Source of the DNA: Bilabrum cf. latius
Taxonomy: Eukaryota
Direction: 5' to 3'
DNA length: 64,000 nt
NCBI GenBank assembly: GCA_965178125.1
Contig: OZ237744.1
Coordinates: 1 to 64,000 of the forward strand
In this document: piece after piece, positions 1-12,079 of the stretch
Layout of the letters: each line of letters starts with the position of its first letter
Numbering within the stretch: the stretch's first letter is position 1
Made by a program: the position numbers and the translations under genes
The notes under the pieces: generated by a model
The model's input: the letters and a program-made list of their open reading frames with translations, nothing else
The model's database searches: none
What the model was told of the DNA's origin: nothing

Positions 1-985
1 ACCCTAACCCTAACCCTAACCCTAACCCTAACCCTAACCCTAACCCTAACCCTAACCCTAACCCTAACCCTAACCCTAACCCTAACCCTAACCCTAACCC
101 TAACCCTAACCCTAACCCTAACCCTAACCCTAACCCTAACCCTAACCCTAACCCTAACCCTAACCCTAACCCTAACCCTAACCCTAACCCTAACCCTAAC
201 CCTAACCCTAACCCTAACCCTAACCCTAACCCTAACCCTAACCCTAACCCTAACCCTAACCCTAACCCTAACCCTAACCCTAACCCTAACCCTAACCCTA
301 ACCCTAACCCTAACCCTAACCCTAACCCTAACCCTAACCCTAACCCTAACCCTAACCCTAACCCTAACCCTAACCCTAACCCTAACCCTAACCCTAACCC
401 TAACCCTAACCCTAACCCTAACCCTAACCCTAACCCTAACCCTAACCCTAACCCTAACCCTAACCCTAACCCTAACCCTAACCCTAACCCTAACCCTAAC
501 CCTAACCCTAACCCTAACCCTAACCCTAACCCTAACCCTAACCCTAACCCTAACCCTAACCCTAACCCTAACCCTAACCCTAACCCTAACCCTAACCCTA
601 ACCCTAACCCTAACCCTAACCCTAACCCTAACCCTAACCCTAACCCTAACCCTAACCCTAACCCTAACCCTAACCCTAACCCTAACCCTAACCCTAACCC
701 TAACCCTAACCCTAACCCTAACCCTAACCCTAACCCTAACCCTAACCCTAACCCTAACCCTAACCCTAACCCTAACCCTAACCCTAACCCTAACCCTAAC
801 CCTAACCCTAACCCTAACCCTAACCCTAACCCTAACCCTAACCCTAACCCTAACCCTAACCCTAACCCTAACCCTAACCCTAACCCTAACCCTAACCCTA
901 ACCCTAACCCTAACCCTAACCCTAACCCTAACCCTAACCCTAACCCTAACCCTAACCCTAACCCTAACCCTAACCCTAACCCTAA
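1..985. repeat. Terminal telomeric array (CCCTAA)n, ~164 units (TTAGGG type)
   Basis: Perfect CCCTAA repeats from the window start to 985, C-rich strand on +, as expected at a left chromosome end. Confidence 0.99.
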
Positions 986-989
986 AGTC

Positions 990-1454
990 GTGGATAAGAT
1001 GGTGGGACGCACGGAGCTGAATGTACGCGAGCTGCAGAATGTCAGGAGCAGGGGCGTGCTCAATCGCCGTGATGCTGGCACCGTTCTCGAAATGCTCAAC
1101 AGGAGGATCGCGGCCGTCAAAGCAACCCTCGAGCGAGAAGAAGCAGCGGCACGCGCTCCTCGAGACGCACCTCGTGGCGGAGCCAGGCCCCCCAATGCTG
1201 GAGGCGCTGCGACACGCCAGAGGCACTACGCATACCTGATGGCTGCCAACACAGCCGCATCGTCGGCGGCGGCAGCACAGGCAGCAACCCAAGCAGCAGC
1301 ACGGGCAGTAGCAGGAGCTGCCGCAGCTGCATCAGAATCAGCTGGGGCGGCAAGCGCTTCGCGTGCTCGTACTCATCAACTTCAACAAGCTTCCGCTGAT
1401 GCAAGAGTAAGTGCGACACAAAGAGAGGCATCAACCATGAGTACCCTGGATTAA
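990..1454 (+). CDS. Telomere-abutting ORF, possibly 5'-truncated; coiled-coil then Ala-rich hypothetical protein
   Basis: The frame is open directly from the telomere junction (cct aaa gtc gtg gat aag atg) and ends in TAA at 1452-1454. There is no room for a promoter and no recognisable domain. Confidence 0.4.
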   Translation: MDKMVGRTELNVRELQNVRSRGVLNRRDAGTVLEMLNRRIAAVKATLEREEAAARAPRDAPRGGARPPNAGGAATRQRHYAYLMAANTAASSAAAAQAATQAAARAVAGAAAAASESAGAASASRARTHQLQQASADARVSATQREASTMSTLD

Positions 1455-1526
1455 GCGGCCTCAAGTTGATGGACTTCAAGCTGAGATGGCCACTAATATC
1501 TACTTTGATTGACTTCTTCACGGTGC

Positions 1527-2369
1527 TATCTCGGCCGCAACACATGCAATCGCTGCGTTTCAAGTGTCTCATCGTATGTACACATCATGGGGCACACAAT
1601 GGTGTCCATGCATATCGACTCCGGATCCACCCCCAGACGGCACCCGGCCCTGACGGATTTCACTGACCCTGCGGAACCGCGGCGCCGCGGGCAGAACGGG
1701 TATGTTGCGGGTGTGTTCCCTGCTCCATGCACCGTGGCACATCAAACACATCGAAAACCGCGATCCAATACGCCCATCCGAGACCGCAAACGGCCAGTAC
1801 TCCATTTTACTGACTCGGGGCAAAATCGCCGTCAGTGCCGCCAGTAAAATCCACTGACTCGACCATATCTCGGCCGCAACACATGCAATCGCTGCGTTTC
1901 AAGTGTCTCATCATATGTACACATCATGGGGCACACAATGGTGTCCATGCATATCGACTCCGGATCCACCCCCAGACGGCACCCGGCCCTGACGGATTTC
2001 ACTGACCCTGCGGAACCGCGGCGCCGCGGGCAGAACGGGTTTGTAGCGGGTGTGTTCCCTGCCCCATGCACCGTGGCACATCAAACACATCGAAAACCGC
2101 GATCCAATACGCCCATCCGAGACCGCAAACGGCCAGTACTCCATTTTACTGACTCGGGGCAAAATCGCCGTCAGTGCCGCCAGTAAAATCCACTGACTCG
2201 ACCATATCTCGGCCGCAACACATGCAATCGCTGCGTTTCAAGTGTCTCATCGTATGTACACATCATGGGGCACACAATGGTGTCCATGCATATCGACTCC
2301 GGATCCACCCCCAGACGGCACCCGGCCCTGACGGATTTCACTGACCCTGCGGAACCGCGGCGCCGCGGG
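1527..2369. repeat. 339-bp subtelomeric tandem repeat, ~2.5 copies
   Basis: Units start with tatctcggccgcaacacatgc at 1527, 1866 and 2205 and differ by only a few substitutions. The third copy stops at ~2369. Confidence 0.97.
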
Positions 2370-2505
2370 GAGCTATGGCCCAACTCAGAGTTGTAACCTA
2401 GGTTTTCAAGCATGCGCTATCAGAATATATTGGTCTTGTTCCCTGACGCGCGCTAGCGTAAAAGCCGAAAATGGCCGACCCTAAGTATAAGTTGACCCCC
2501 TGATA

Positions 2506-2637
2506 CCCTAACCCTAACCCTAACCCTAACCCTAACCCTAACCCTAACCCTAACCCTAACCCTAACCCTAACCCTAACCCTAACCCTAACCCTAACCCTA
2601 ACCCTAACCCTAACCCTAACCCTAACCCTAACCCTAA
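2506..2637. repeat. Internal telomeric tract (CCCTAA)22
   Basis: Perfect repeats in the same orientation as the terminal array. Confidence 0.98.
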
Positions 2638-2640
2638 AAA

Positions 2641-3177
2641 GGATGGGGCCATTGTGCCTGTGCTGGTGCAAGCAGGTTGGGAGTGCGGGCGCTGGATGGG
2701 GCCATTGTGCCTGTGCTGGTGCAAGCAGGTTGGGAGTGCGGGCGCTGGATGGGGCCATTGTGCCTGTGCTGGTGCAAGCAGGTTGGGAGTGCGGGCGCTG
2801 GATGGGGCCATTGTGCCTGTGCTGGTGCAAGCAGGTTGGGAGTGCGGGCGCTGGATGGGGCCATTGTGCCTGTGCTGGTGCAAGCAGGTTGGGAGTGCGG
2901 GCGCTGGATGGGGCTATTGTGCCTGTGCTGGTGCAAGCAGGTTGGGAGTGCGGGCGCTGGATATTAGGGTTTTTAGGGTTAGGGCAAGCAGGTTGGGAGT
3001 GCGGGCGCTGGATGGGGCCATTGTGCCTGTGCTGGTGCAAGCAGGTTGGGAGTGCGGGCGCTGGATGGGGCCATTGTGCCTGTGCTGGTGCAAGCAGGTT
3101 GGGAGTGCGGGCGCTGGATGGGGCTATTGTGCCTGTGCTGGTGCAAGCAGGTTGGGAGTGCGGGCGTTGGATGGGGC
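2641..3177. repeat. 53-bp G-rich subtelomeric satellite, ~10 copies
   Basis: Unit ggatggggccattgtgcctgtgctggtgcaagcaggttgggagtgcgggcgct at 2641, 2694, 2747, 2800, 2853, 2906, 2959 (altered), 3010, 3063, 3116, plus a partial copy at 3169. Confidence 0.97.
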
Positions 3178-3399
3178 ATAGGCAGTCAGAAGTGATCGAT
3201 GTTCGTACGCCTTCAGAAGTAAGAATAACAAGAATGCAAATATTGCTGCGCTTGTGGAACTCATGCTGTGGCTAGTGAATGTTTTCAATCAGAGACCCCC
3301 CCATTACCGTAGCGGGGGGGAAGAAGCCTCAGCTGTTAGGGGACCTGCACGACCCAGCGATTTTGGTACAGCTAGTACCAATTTACAGACGCCTCTCGC

Positions 3400-4172
3400 T
3401 CAATCGACATGACCAGATAGGGCCTTTTTCCTATCCCTTGCTGTCGCTCGGCTGAGCGCCTTAAGTTTGGATCGCGCTTCCAATTGTGCTTGCCTAACAT
3501 TCACCTCGCTCATAATGGCTACCCGCCTTGGGTCCCGTTTTTGGGTGGACATCGCAGAAGCACATGCGTACACTACAAATCCTAGCACCAAAAAGGCCAC
3601 TAGGACGCACAGTCTTGCTGAAAACTCTTGGACATGCGGTATTTCGCTCCTGTCTCCGAAGAATGTGGAAGCGTTTGCTATGGTGCCAAGTCGCCAAGCT
3701 AAATCTGCCAGAGCACCCGTTCGTGGACCCCCTCGAACATACTCTAGAGTATCACCAAGCAAGCAGGTTCCCATTAGTACCCAGTCAAACACTGATGCAA
3801 TAAAAAAGCCTTGCTGCACGATGTGGCTGTGTAGTGCCCCGCCCATCAACAGAAACAGCAGCACTATCCCAACCCCGGGCGCGGCAACAAGGCAAAGAGC
3901 AGTAATAAGTTCTAAGCCAGCAGTCGCAAGGACAAACTCTAGAGGGTATCCGAACAGAAGCATATTTGTATCAGTAATCTCCTTGTCCTGTCTGGCCTTC
4001 TTCACTCCGCTATAGCCGATTATGATAGCCTGCGAACATTCTCATGCAAGTATACATCAAAGCAGCACTTTTCGGTACAATTGACAATCCATGTTGGAGC
4101 GGCAAGGAAGTTGCTGTTGCCTGAGTAGCGCCTCACACAAGTTGCACGGAGCAGTAGAGATGTTGTTAGCAT
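3400..4172 (-). CDS. DoxX-like multipass membrane protein; predicted intron 4030-4136
   Basis: ATG at 4172 gives MLTTSLLLRATC, then a GTGAG..TCGCAG intron, then AIIIGYSGVKK...AGLELITALCLV...LLMGGALHSH with several hydrophobic helices. Ends in TGA at 3400. Confidence 0.6.
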
Positions 4173-4409
4173 TTGGCTAGTGCACAGAGATGGTTCTGAG
4201 TAATACTTTGATCGTACGACCTTGTTTCAGGATTAAGATTCGCTGTATTTCTGCTTCGAAAGCTTGCCGTGAGTATCTTCGCCAATCATGAAATGATATG
4301 ACGAGTGCACCGAGCACAAGGTCAGCGTGGCCGTTTGTCGGTATTCGTGTGGCTAGTTTGGAATAAAACATTCAATTTGGTACGCTGCATCGGACAGGTT
4401 GGTGACACG

Positions 4410-7400
4410 ATGCCGAATCGCTTCAGGAAGGGCGATAATCGTAATCGTAGGTCCAGTGGACCAGGTGGTGGCAGCAATGCTAGAGGCCAGTACGATCAAT
4501 CCGGTGAACAGTACCAACGGCGACACAGACACCGCGTAGTTGGGATTGATCGACAACTGCCTGGATCTAGAGAGTCGCAAGGTCCCTATACTGGTGTTCA
4601 AAGCTCAAATGCTGCTTATCGCGCCGGTGGCCACAATCGATAGCGCATGCAAGGGGCAACCAGCCGGTTCCTTTACACTCCCCAAGGATAGGTTATGTCA
4701 GCTGTTGATACACGAGGTGATTCCAGGGCTTCTGGCTTCGGGCGCTCTCCGGACCGTTCCACTTCAGGCTACAGAAGCAGTCACCGAGTCGATGCCCCGA
4801 TCGAGACTACTGAATCCAGTTGGCAGGAGCGCTAGGTTTTTGGTAACGGCAATTCTAGCATTATACCAACTGCATCTGGGCTACTACCGACTCCAACACA
4901 GGCAACGTTACAGCGGAAAGGTGTTGCTTCGCATCTCGCGGCTCGGTTGGTCGTGTAGTCACGGCCTCCGCCGCCTCCCCGAGTGCTTGTGGACTCCAGG
5001 AGCGTTGCTGCTGGGCATCATAGAGGAAATATACCTGCTTCACATCTTCCTCCGCCGCCACCTGGTGCAAGTGCTGGTTCTGGCTTTAGGCAGCATCCGG
5101 GGAAACCTGCCGGGCAGCGCTCCAGAGCGTCTGCATCGAGAGGTTTGCTAGTCGAGTTGGGGGGCCGTATGCCATCACTAGCAGATACACATCATCCTGA
5201 GGCCGCAAGAAATGGTACTACTCATCCCGGCAGCACGCGCCATGGGGCTCCAGGTGGGAGCGAGGTTCGTCCGCCTGGCCCGCCAGGGTTCCTAGGCGCT
5301 GCTGCGAGGACTAGAACTGGACCAGTTCGGCCCACGGGGGAATACTTAGCTCGCGGGATGCAGCATGCAAAATAGCCGCAGAGATCAAGCGGCCGATTCG
5401 GCTGGATTCCGAGTCCCGAAGCTGGAAACTAGACTTGGGCAGCGCAGTATCGAAGCCACGTGCCAAGACCGCCCCCTCCTCCCCAAGTGCACGGCGGCTC
5501 TCGCAAGGTGCGACACCAGGGGCAGTCTCTAGATCTTGGTAATCGCCTCGCACGCTAGCATGGCAGCAAACTTCACGTTTCGATTCCAGCTGCGGCTAGT
5601 AGATCAGGGACGTCCTTGCTTGGGCGCCCGACTATGTCTAGGTCACGCTAGTCCTAGTCGCGGGATGGCGCAGAAGACATCGGAGTTAGTCCAACCGGGG
5701 AGGAAGTCAACGATGCATCAGAAGACTGGGGAGAGGTTAGGAAACAGATGCTGAGGAGAAGAGCCGCTTTATTTGCTCGCTAGCGAGCTCAACCTGTACC
5801 TTAGCATCACGGCTTGGCCGGTACCGGCTAGCAGGGCCAAGCCAGTGCTCCACGCAGCTCTCGATGGGGGCCAAGCGTGCGCGTCGACGCAGAAAAAAAG
5901 GATAAAGTTGGTGCAGCGCGGCGTTTGACAGCTTCAGGGATAAAGCCAGCCCGATTCCAGCTGATTGCACTCTCCCGCCGATTAGACCAGGGGGCACCTT
6001 CGCGCCCTGAGACTAGCATATCTGAAATTTTGCCTCCCAGCGTCGAGCCTAGCAAAGGGGAACACGAAGCTGTGTATACTTCCCCCCTGCAGTAGCTGGC
6101 ATTGGCATGCAGACCAAACCATGATGATAAGGTTGCATCGCCTGCAGAGGTGCCAGATGTGCCGGAGCCAGGCTAGCTAGCTGCGGCTTGGCTCGACTTT
6201 GACTAGCATGCAGTAGCTGAGCACGATAGCGCTGGGTGGGTAGGGTTGTGGCCAATTCCGTCAAGATCCGCTGTAAATGACGCTATGGCGCGACTACGGG
6301 AGCGGGAGCAGTTGCTGTCGCAAAGCATACAGCTCCAAGAGGAGTCCATCCTTGCTTCTCAGAAAAGCATCGAGAAGTCCAAAGATGGACTTGTTGAAGC
6401 CTTGAATGACGTGGTACCGTCGGTAGGCAGCTTGGCGCAACGACCACAGGCTGGGATGGATGACTTATGGCAAGCAGTGTAGGCAGTCACGCGCGAGCTA
6501 TCATTCCAGACCGACAATATCCATGATGAGTACGACACAAAGGTCGCCTCTCACGATGCTTCAGGTGGCCCAAAAGCTACGACAACCAACGTAGGTCCGA
6601 CTTGCAACACCCAGCGGACTCTCTTGCTATCTCGGCTCCGACATTCAAGTGGACACAAAGGCAAAGATACGCCGCTCCGATGCACTGGCAGAACTCCAAT
6701 GCTGGCACGGCTGCATAGTCTGTACCTCTTGGGAGCAAGTCTGGACTAGTCTGGATCCGGCAGCAGCCATGTCGAAGAGACACCGTCCGCTTGGCGTTTT
6801 GCATCCCCACGGGCACGTGCTGATCGATGCAGACTAGCTGCGGAGTGGGTCTCGGGCAGCGGTGCTGCCAGGCTCCAGACGATGCACCAGGGACCCGTGG
6901 GGCTGCTGCGACTAGCTGAGCAGCTAGATTTGAAAGCAAGTACCAGCGAAAGCTTGCATGGCCATGACGACTTGGTGTCTCGTTGGGTAGCAAGATCTAG
7001 CACCATGCAAAGCGCCAGGTATGTCTGCGACAGTCCTGTCCATTAGGCAATAGCAGGGCTTGGAGTTTAGAGTCATTGCGGTGATCTTCCTGGGCTAGCA
7101 GCGGCGAGGTAGTTTCGGTCTGTTGTTGGACTAGCGCCCGCCATTTTGCTCAACATGGGTGCGACCGCCTTGTCGTCGAATCTGGCCCTTGCGAGGACAT
7201 CCTCTTCTCTAACGACGCCCTCAAGACTACGTGCACGCCAGAGATTGCAGGGCTCACGTAGATTTCTTCGTCGCTGCGCACAGATGATAAGGAGTTGTAG
7301 CGAGGAATTATCTGTTGCTGCTGATACTGCTGCCTCGGTCTAGCAGGATCCATGGTGCGATTATTGGGAGGATACTGCTTGGGTTCACGCGGACGAAAAT

Positions 7401-8960
7401 TCCATAGTTCGCCAGCAGGCTTTGCGATGTATTGACGGAGTCGCACAACCTGCCGCTGGCAATTTCGTGGAGCCTTCCATCGGTTTCGAGGACCCATCAC
7501 AAGTTCGTGCTTGTCGATCCGTTGGTCCAGCACGGCATCAGCTTCGTACAGAAAGTGCGAGCACTGTCACCACGTAGCTTTTGCGAAGGCAGTAGAGCCT
7601 CCAGAGTGCTCGAAACTCAATTCTAGCTGGAGGATTGCAGATCATCATGTCTAGTGAGCAGGCGCTACTTGAGTACCGCACAAGACTTGTACACTCTCGC
7701 GGCTGGGCGGCCGTATCGTCAGAGTTTCCGCCGGAACCGGGCTTTATGCCGTTGTAGCTGAGCGGGCTTAAGGAAGCTGGAGGATACTCGCGAAGTGGTG
7801 TAGATTCTCCGCGTTCACTTCCGCACGGTGTAGTCTTGGCGAATGCACAACCTCGTACCGGTTCATCTCGTCTATAGCGAGCCGTGCAGAATACATGCGA
7901 GTGGAACGATCTTAGCGGTGCATTCGGGCTAAAGCAGCAGAAAACTGATCAGTTGCTTTGCCTGCGCAATGAGATGATGCGTTGGCCCGGATTCTTTCTG
8001 CGCATGCCTCCGCTGGACAACGATATGGAGTGCCCATTGGTCCCGATGCTTCCGGACGGAACTCCGATTTCTGTCCTGGCGTGGTCATCGGGGTGGCACG
8101 TGGACTCATCCAGCAATTCGGGCTCAAGCATAGCAGCCTTGTAGACGGCCTCTTCGGACTTTGTTGTCGCATCGGACTGGCAGGCTAACACTGCTTCCGT
8201 CGGTGTTCAGTCTGCGTGGAAACCCCACGTCACACATGGTGATGCCTAGCATCCTGCCGAGGAGGTTCCGATTCTTGCAGCAGATGCCGTTCATTCTGGC
8301 AGATGGCAGGCGTTCGGAGGGACACCAGGACTGTTCGAGGTCGTATCTCAGCCGACGTATGCCATGAGGATTGGTTGGCACAGCCGGAGTTCTGCTGCTG
8401 TTGTTCCAGCTCAGGCACCACGCGAAGCTCCTTTTTGTCGGCATGCACAGGACCGCACCAATGACCATGAAGCGATCAGCAGCACAAAATGCGAGCCAGC
8501 TTGGAGCTACGCAGAGCAGCTGGTGTTCTTCGAACGTTTTCTACACTACCCGAAAGACTTTCAAAGAATCGCATCATTCTTGCGTCAGAAGTCGGTCAAG
8601 GATTGTGTTGCATTCTACTACCTGGTTAAACATCGCGCCTGTCTGAAACAAGCACTGCGCGCTTACTCCATTGCCTAGAGGAAGCGCGCCGTGCGTTTGA
8701 GTGCATAGATTGCCATGGCTTGTGCCTTCAGGCTGGGATGCACTGGGCAGAGTGGCAGGTTCACGCACAGTATTGCTGTGCAAGACACACAAGCGGATGG
8801 CATGGATGATGTCGGTGTGCCACTTGGTGTTGAGCTGACGTCGTCTGCCTACCCGGCTCAACGACTTGTTTCGCATGGGCCCGGTACGCCTGAGTGGTGG
8901 TGTAGAATGTTTGGCTTCCCTGCAAGTTTGGGCAAGCCGTCAAGCCGGTGGGTCGGTTGA
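4410..8960 (+). CDS. Large low-complexity nuclear protein with an NCoR/SMRT/Snt1-type SANT domain (~1516 aa with TAG=Gln)
   Basis: ORF-track pieces 4305, 4983, 5877, 6246, 7146, 7884, 8364 and 8715 share one frame, and only TAG separates them where read. SANT motif WSYAEQLVFFERFLHYPKDFQRIASFLRQKSVKDCVAFYYLVK. Ends in TGA. Confidence 0.75.
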
Positions 8961-9849
8961 AGCTGATCGAAATGAACGGACAGTGTGCATATACCGCCTG
9001 TCCGTTTCAGCTCGCATGTTTAGGGCATACGCTGCGTTAGCATGTCTTAGAGGGCGCTAGGGGATGTGAGAATCACTTCCAGGAGTAGCAGTGGTGGTGG
9101 CGGTTGGTTTCTTGTAGGATCGCGTGGAGTAGAGACGTGCTAGCTTGGGCCTGCATCGGACCCGATGTAGTGTACGACTTGCTTGCGTATATTACGCTGT
9201 GGCTTGTCATCAACAACATGTTGCATGCAGCATGCATGTTGTGCGTGCAAGCAAATATTCCTGCCCCCGGTCCCGCGGACCCACTGGGCTTCACCCCGAA
9301 CGACTGGTTATACACCGGTCCGTCTTCTGAATGCGGTATATCTTTTATATTACAAATGTACACACCACTTTCTCAATGTACGTCGACTGGCAACGTCACT
9401 GCATGGCATACACTTCCCGTTACCCGCCCTAGGGTCTTCATGAGCTGCTCCCTGCATCGCCACCTTGACCCTATCCTCACAGCTTGCACGTTCAGGTCTT
9501 GGCCGACCTGCCATGAATCCCATCCATCAGACCGACTCTTGGCTTCTCCTGCGCGCTACTGGCTGCCACTCGCGTCTCCCTGGTGCCTGGCAACTGGAGC
9601 CCCATCCTCCCATAATGTTCTCCCATTGACACCGCACTGTCGTCGCCTGTGCCGGTGTCCCCCTCTTGTTCCTCTCCACCTCGTCGGCGTCCACCTCGAC
9701 TCCCGGCTCATCTCTGCTCCCCGTCCAAGTACACGAATGCATGCAGCATGCACATTACCTACATTCGTCACCCCACAACTCGGAGCCAAAAAAATTCAAA
9801 TCAGCCCAACTCGGACTTCTTTGCCGAACGAGCAACTCCTTCTGTTTGA

Positions 9850-10499
9850 ATGGCATCTGTAAATGTACTTGGAATGAAAGTAGTCGGTAACCCAGCCACA
9901 ATGGCTGAGGGATTTTAGTTCGATATCACTTTTGAGTGCAAGTCCAAATTGGACGATGGTGAGGCATTGTCGAGCTTTGCAACATTGAGCCGGAAATCCG
10001 CAAGTCTACGCCTTCTCGTCCAGTTCGTTTAACCTGCAGACCTTGAATGGACGGTTGTATACGTCGGGTCGGCTGACAGTACTGATACTGATCAAGAGCT
10101 CGAGAGCCTTCTTGTAGGTCCTGTGGAAACTGGAATTAGCAAGTTCTCATTGAAAGTGAGTAAAACATTGACATCTCCAAGTAGTCCCAATTTCCTAACC
10201 CTACAATTCAAGCGCTGGTGCATCGTGAAAAACTTGCTTTGGCCCAAGAATCGCAGACGGAACCTCCCGACATGTCGCTGATTCCCAAGAAAGACCTACT
10301 CGGGGTAACTGTTGTTTTGGTAACATGCAGCTACAAAGAGCAAGAATTTATTCGAGTCGGCTACTATGTGTCGAACGAGCTTGCAGAGCCTTTGGCAGAA
10401 GGCGAGCCAGTGCCTGACGATACTAAACCCGCCAGCGTGCTGCGTAATGTCCTCGCCGATAAACCACGGGTCACAAGGTTTCCCATTGACTGGAGTTGA
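9850..10499 (+). CDS. ASF1: Histone chaperone ASF1; introns 9959-10039 and 10156-10256
   Basis: [15 protein letters not shown]...F(TAG)FDITFEC...[12 protein letters not shown]...[28 protein letters not shown]...[11 protein letters not shown]. Ends in TGA. Confidence 0.96.
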
Positions 10500-10560
10500 T
10501 GATGATATTTTTCAGGTGCAATGCTTTCATGCGGCAGACTGCTAGTCGTATTCAGTCAAA

Positions 10561-11961
10561 TCAAAGCGAGTTCAACGCAGCATGCATCGTGCTTGCAGGG
10601 TACTCGCTGCCAGCCTCCAATCCCAGTGTTCTCCTTTCCTGCATCATTTGGGCCTCTTCTATGAGTTTCCAGTACGGCGGTACTATCACATGCGCATCCA
10701 TAGCGTCCACATCGTGCCAGCTGCTGCTGCTGATCTGCAGCGGTCTACTGATGTCGACGACGCGACATGCAGCACTAGCTTGCCGTGCCGCCCTCGCCAG
10801 CGAACTCTGAACACCCTCTAATCGCAGCTATGCGACTCCAACAGGATGATCGCGCGAGAGTGCGACCAGGCGGCCGATGGTCTTCGGCGGGCTCGCAGCG
10901 GCGTCGTGTCCAGCATCACATACTGTGGCCGATCCGCTGGGAAGCTACAAAAAGCCGTCAGAATCCTCTAGACCCACGAGGCTCTCAAAGTTTGTGTTGC
11001 GTGATAAACTACTAGAAGTAGCGAGGCTCTGCCGAAACTCGTTCTCTTGCAGCTGCCCCTGCAGAGCCTCGGTCAACAAGCGCTTGCCTTCGCCAGAAGG
11101 GCTCAGCACGACCGCGAACAGGCGTTTTCTCAGCAACCCCTTGAAATGACTTCTAGCCACCAACTCCTGACCAACGTAACACCCTTTCTCGAATGAAACA
11201 GCACCAGTCTACTCCATATTCCATTCCAGAGGGACCCTATTCGAAACCGTGCCGCCTTCAAATATGCCAAATACAGCGAGAGTTGCTGCAGCACGCCGGC
11301 AGTTTTCTATGGCATCACGCTAAAGCATGTCAGGTATTGATACCGATCGCGGTTGGATCACTCGTCGCCCAATATCTCCTGACAGTGCGCGCGGATCCGT
11401 TCCGTGGAGTACGACTTCAAAATCATCTTCCTAGCTTACCTCGCCTGAGCTATTCAGCGAAAACTATATGAAAAGATCGGACCTTTCGTCTATTTTCACA
11501 CGCTTTCGTAGTCGCATGGACTTAAGAATCCGTACCACGTCGCTGGCAGCACTCTTAGCGCAGTCAAGCCACAGAGTAGGATACTTTGCCTGCTGGCTGT
11601 CAGATGCAACGCTGTCTGATCGCCAGACGACCAAATCTGCTAATGTTCTACCCTTAGAGTTGAGCATTGCACTTGCTTGCAAGCCACCGGGTGGAAGATC
11701 ATGCATGCCAGTGCTGTTGGTTGACAGCCCATTCACAAACTCTATGGCATCAGGGCCCCTGCAATCCAGACGGCCACGCGAGGAAATTCATGTATTTGTT
11801 TTACTAGTGAAGCTATTTCAATCGCCGCGTGCCGCACCGACTCACCGAACCTATACAATACGCCGCTCAGTCGTGATCCACGTCGAATGCAACATCCTTC
11901 CTATTTGTCTCGGTGTTCGGCTGAGTGCCTCCCTGCATTGATGGTGCGCGCGCTGTATCAT
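10561..11961 (-). CDS. IBA57: Mitochondrial Fe-S assembly factor IBA57/Caf17 (YgfZ family); intron 11759-11845
   Basis: RIV(TAG)[27 protein letters not shown] and the family signature [20 protein letters not shown]. Single frame through TAGs, ending in TGA at 10561. Confidence 0.9.
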
Positions 11962-12079
11962 ACCGCGTATGCAACCAAACGTAGCGCTGTTTGACGAGGA
12001 AATGACCATCATTGTTCCGGACCGCGTGCCCGTAATCCGGAGCAGTGCAGGGCCAACACTAGACCGCCCAGTAGAAAGT

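Noticed and set aside
1530-1580. Hammerhead ribozyme in the 339-bp repeat (minus strand GAUGA...GAAAC)
   Set aside because: It lacks the CUGANGA core, a proper stem II and the NUH cleavage triplet.
2641-3177. CRISPR-like array, or the Cys/Trp-rich ORFs over the 53-bp repeat
   Set aside because: The units are head-to-tail with no unique spacers, and the context is a eukaryotic subtelomere. The ORFs are by-products of the repeat.
9104-9862. 252-aa ORF upstream of ASF1
   Set aside because: It has a non-ATG start, no recognisable motifs, and overlaps the ASF1 start codon.
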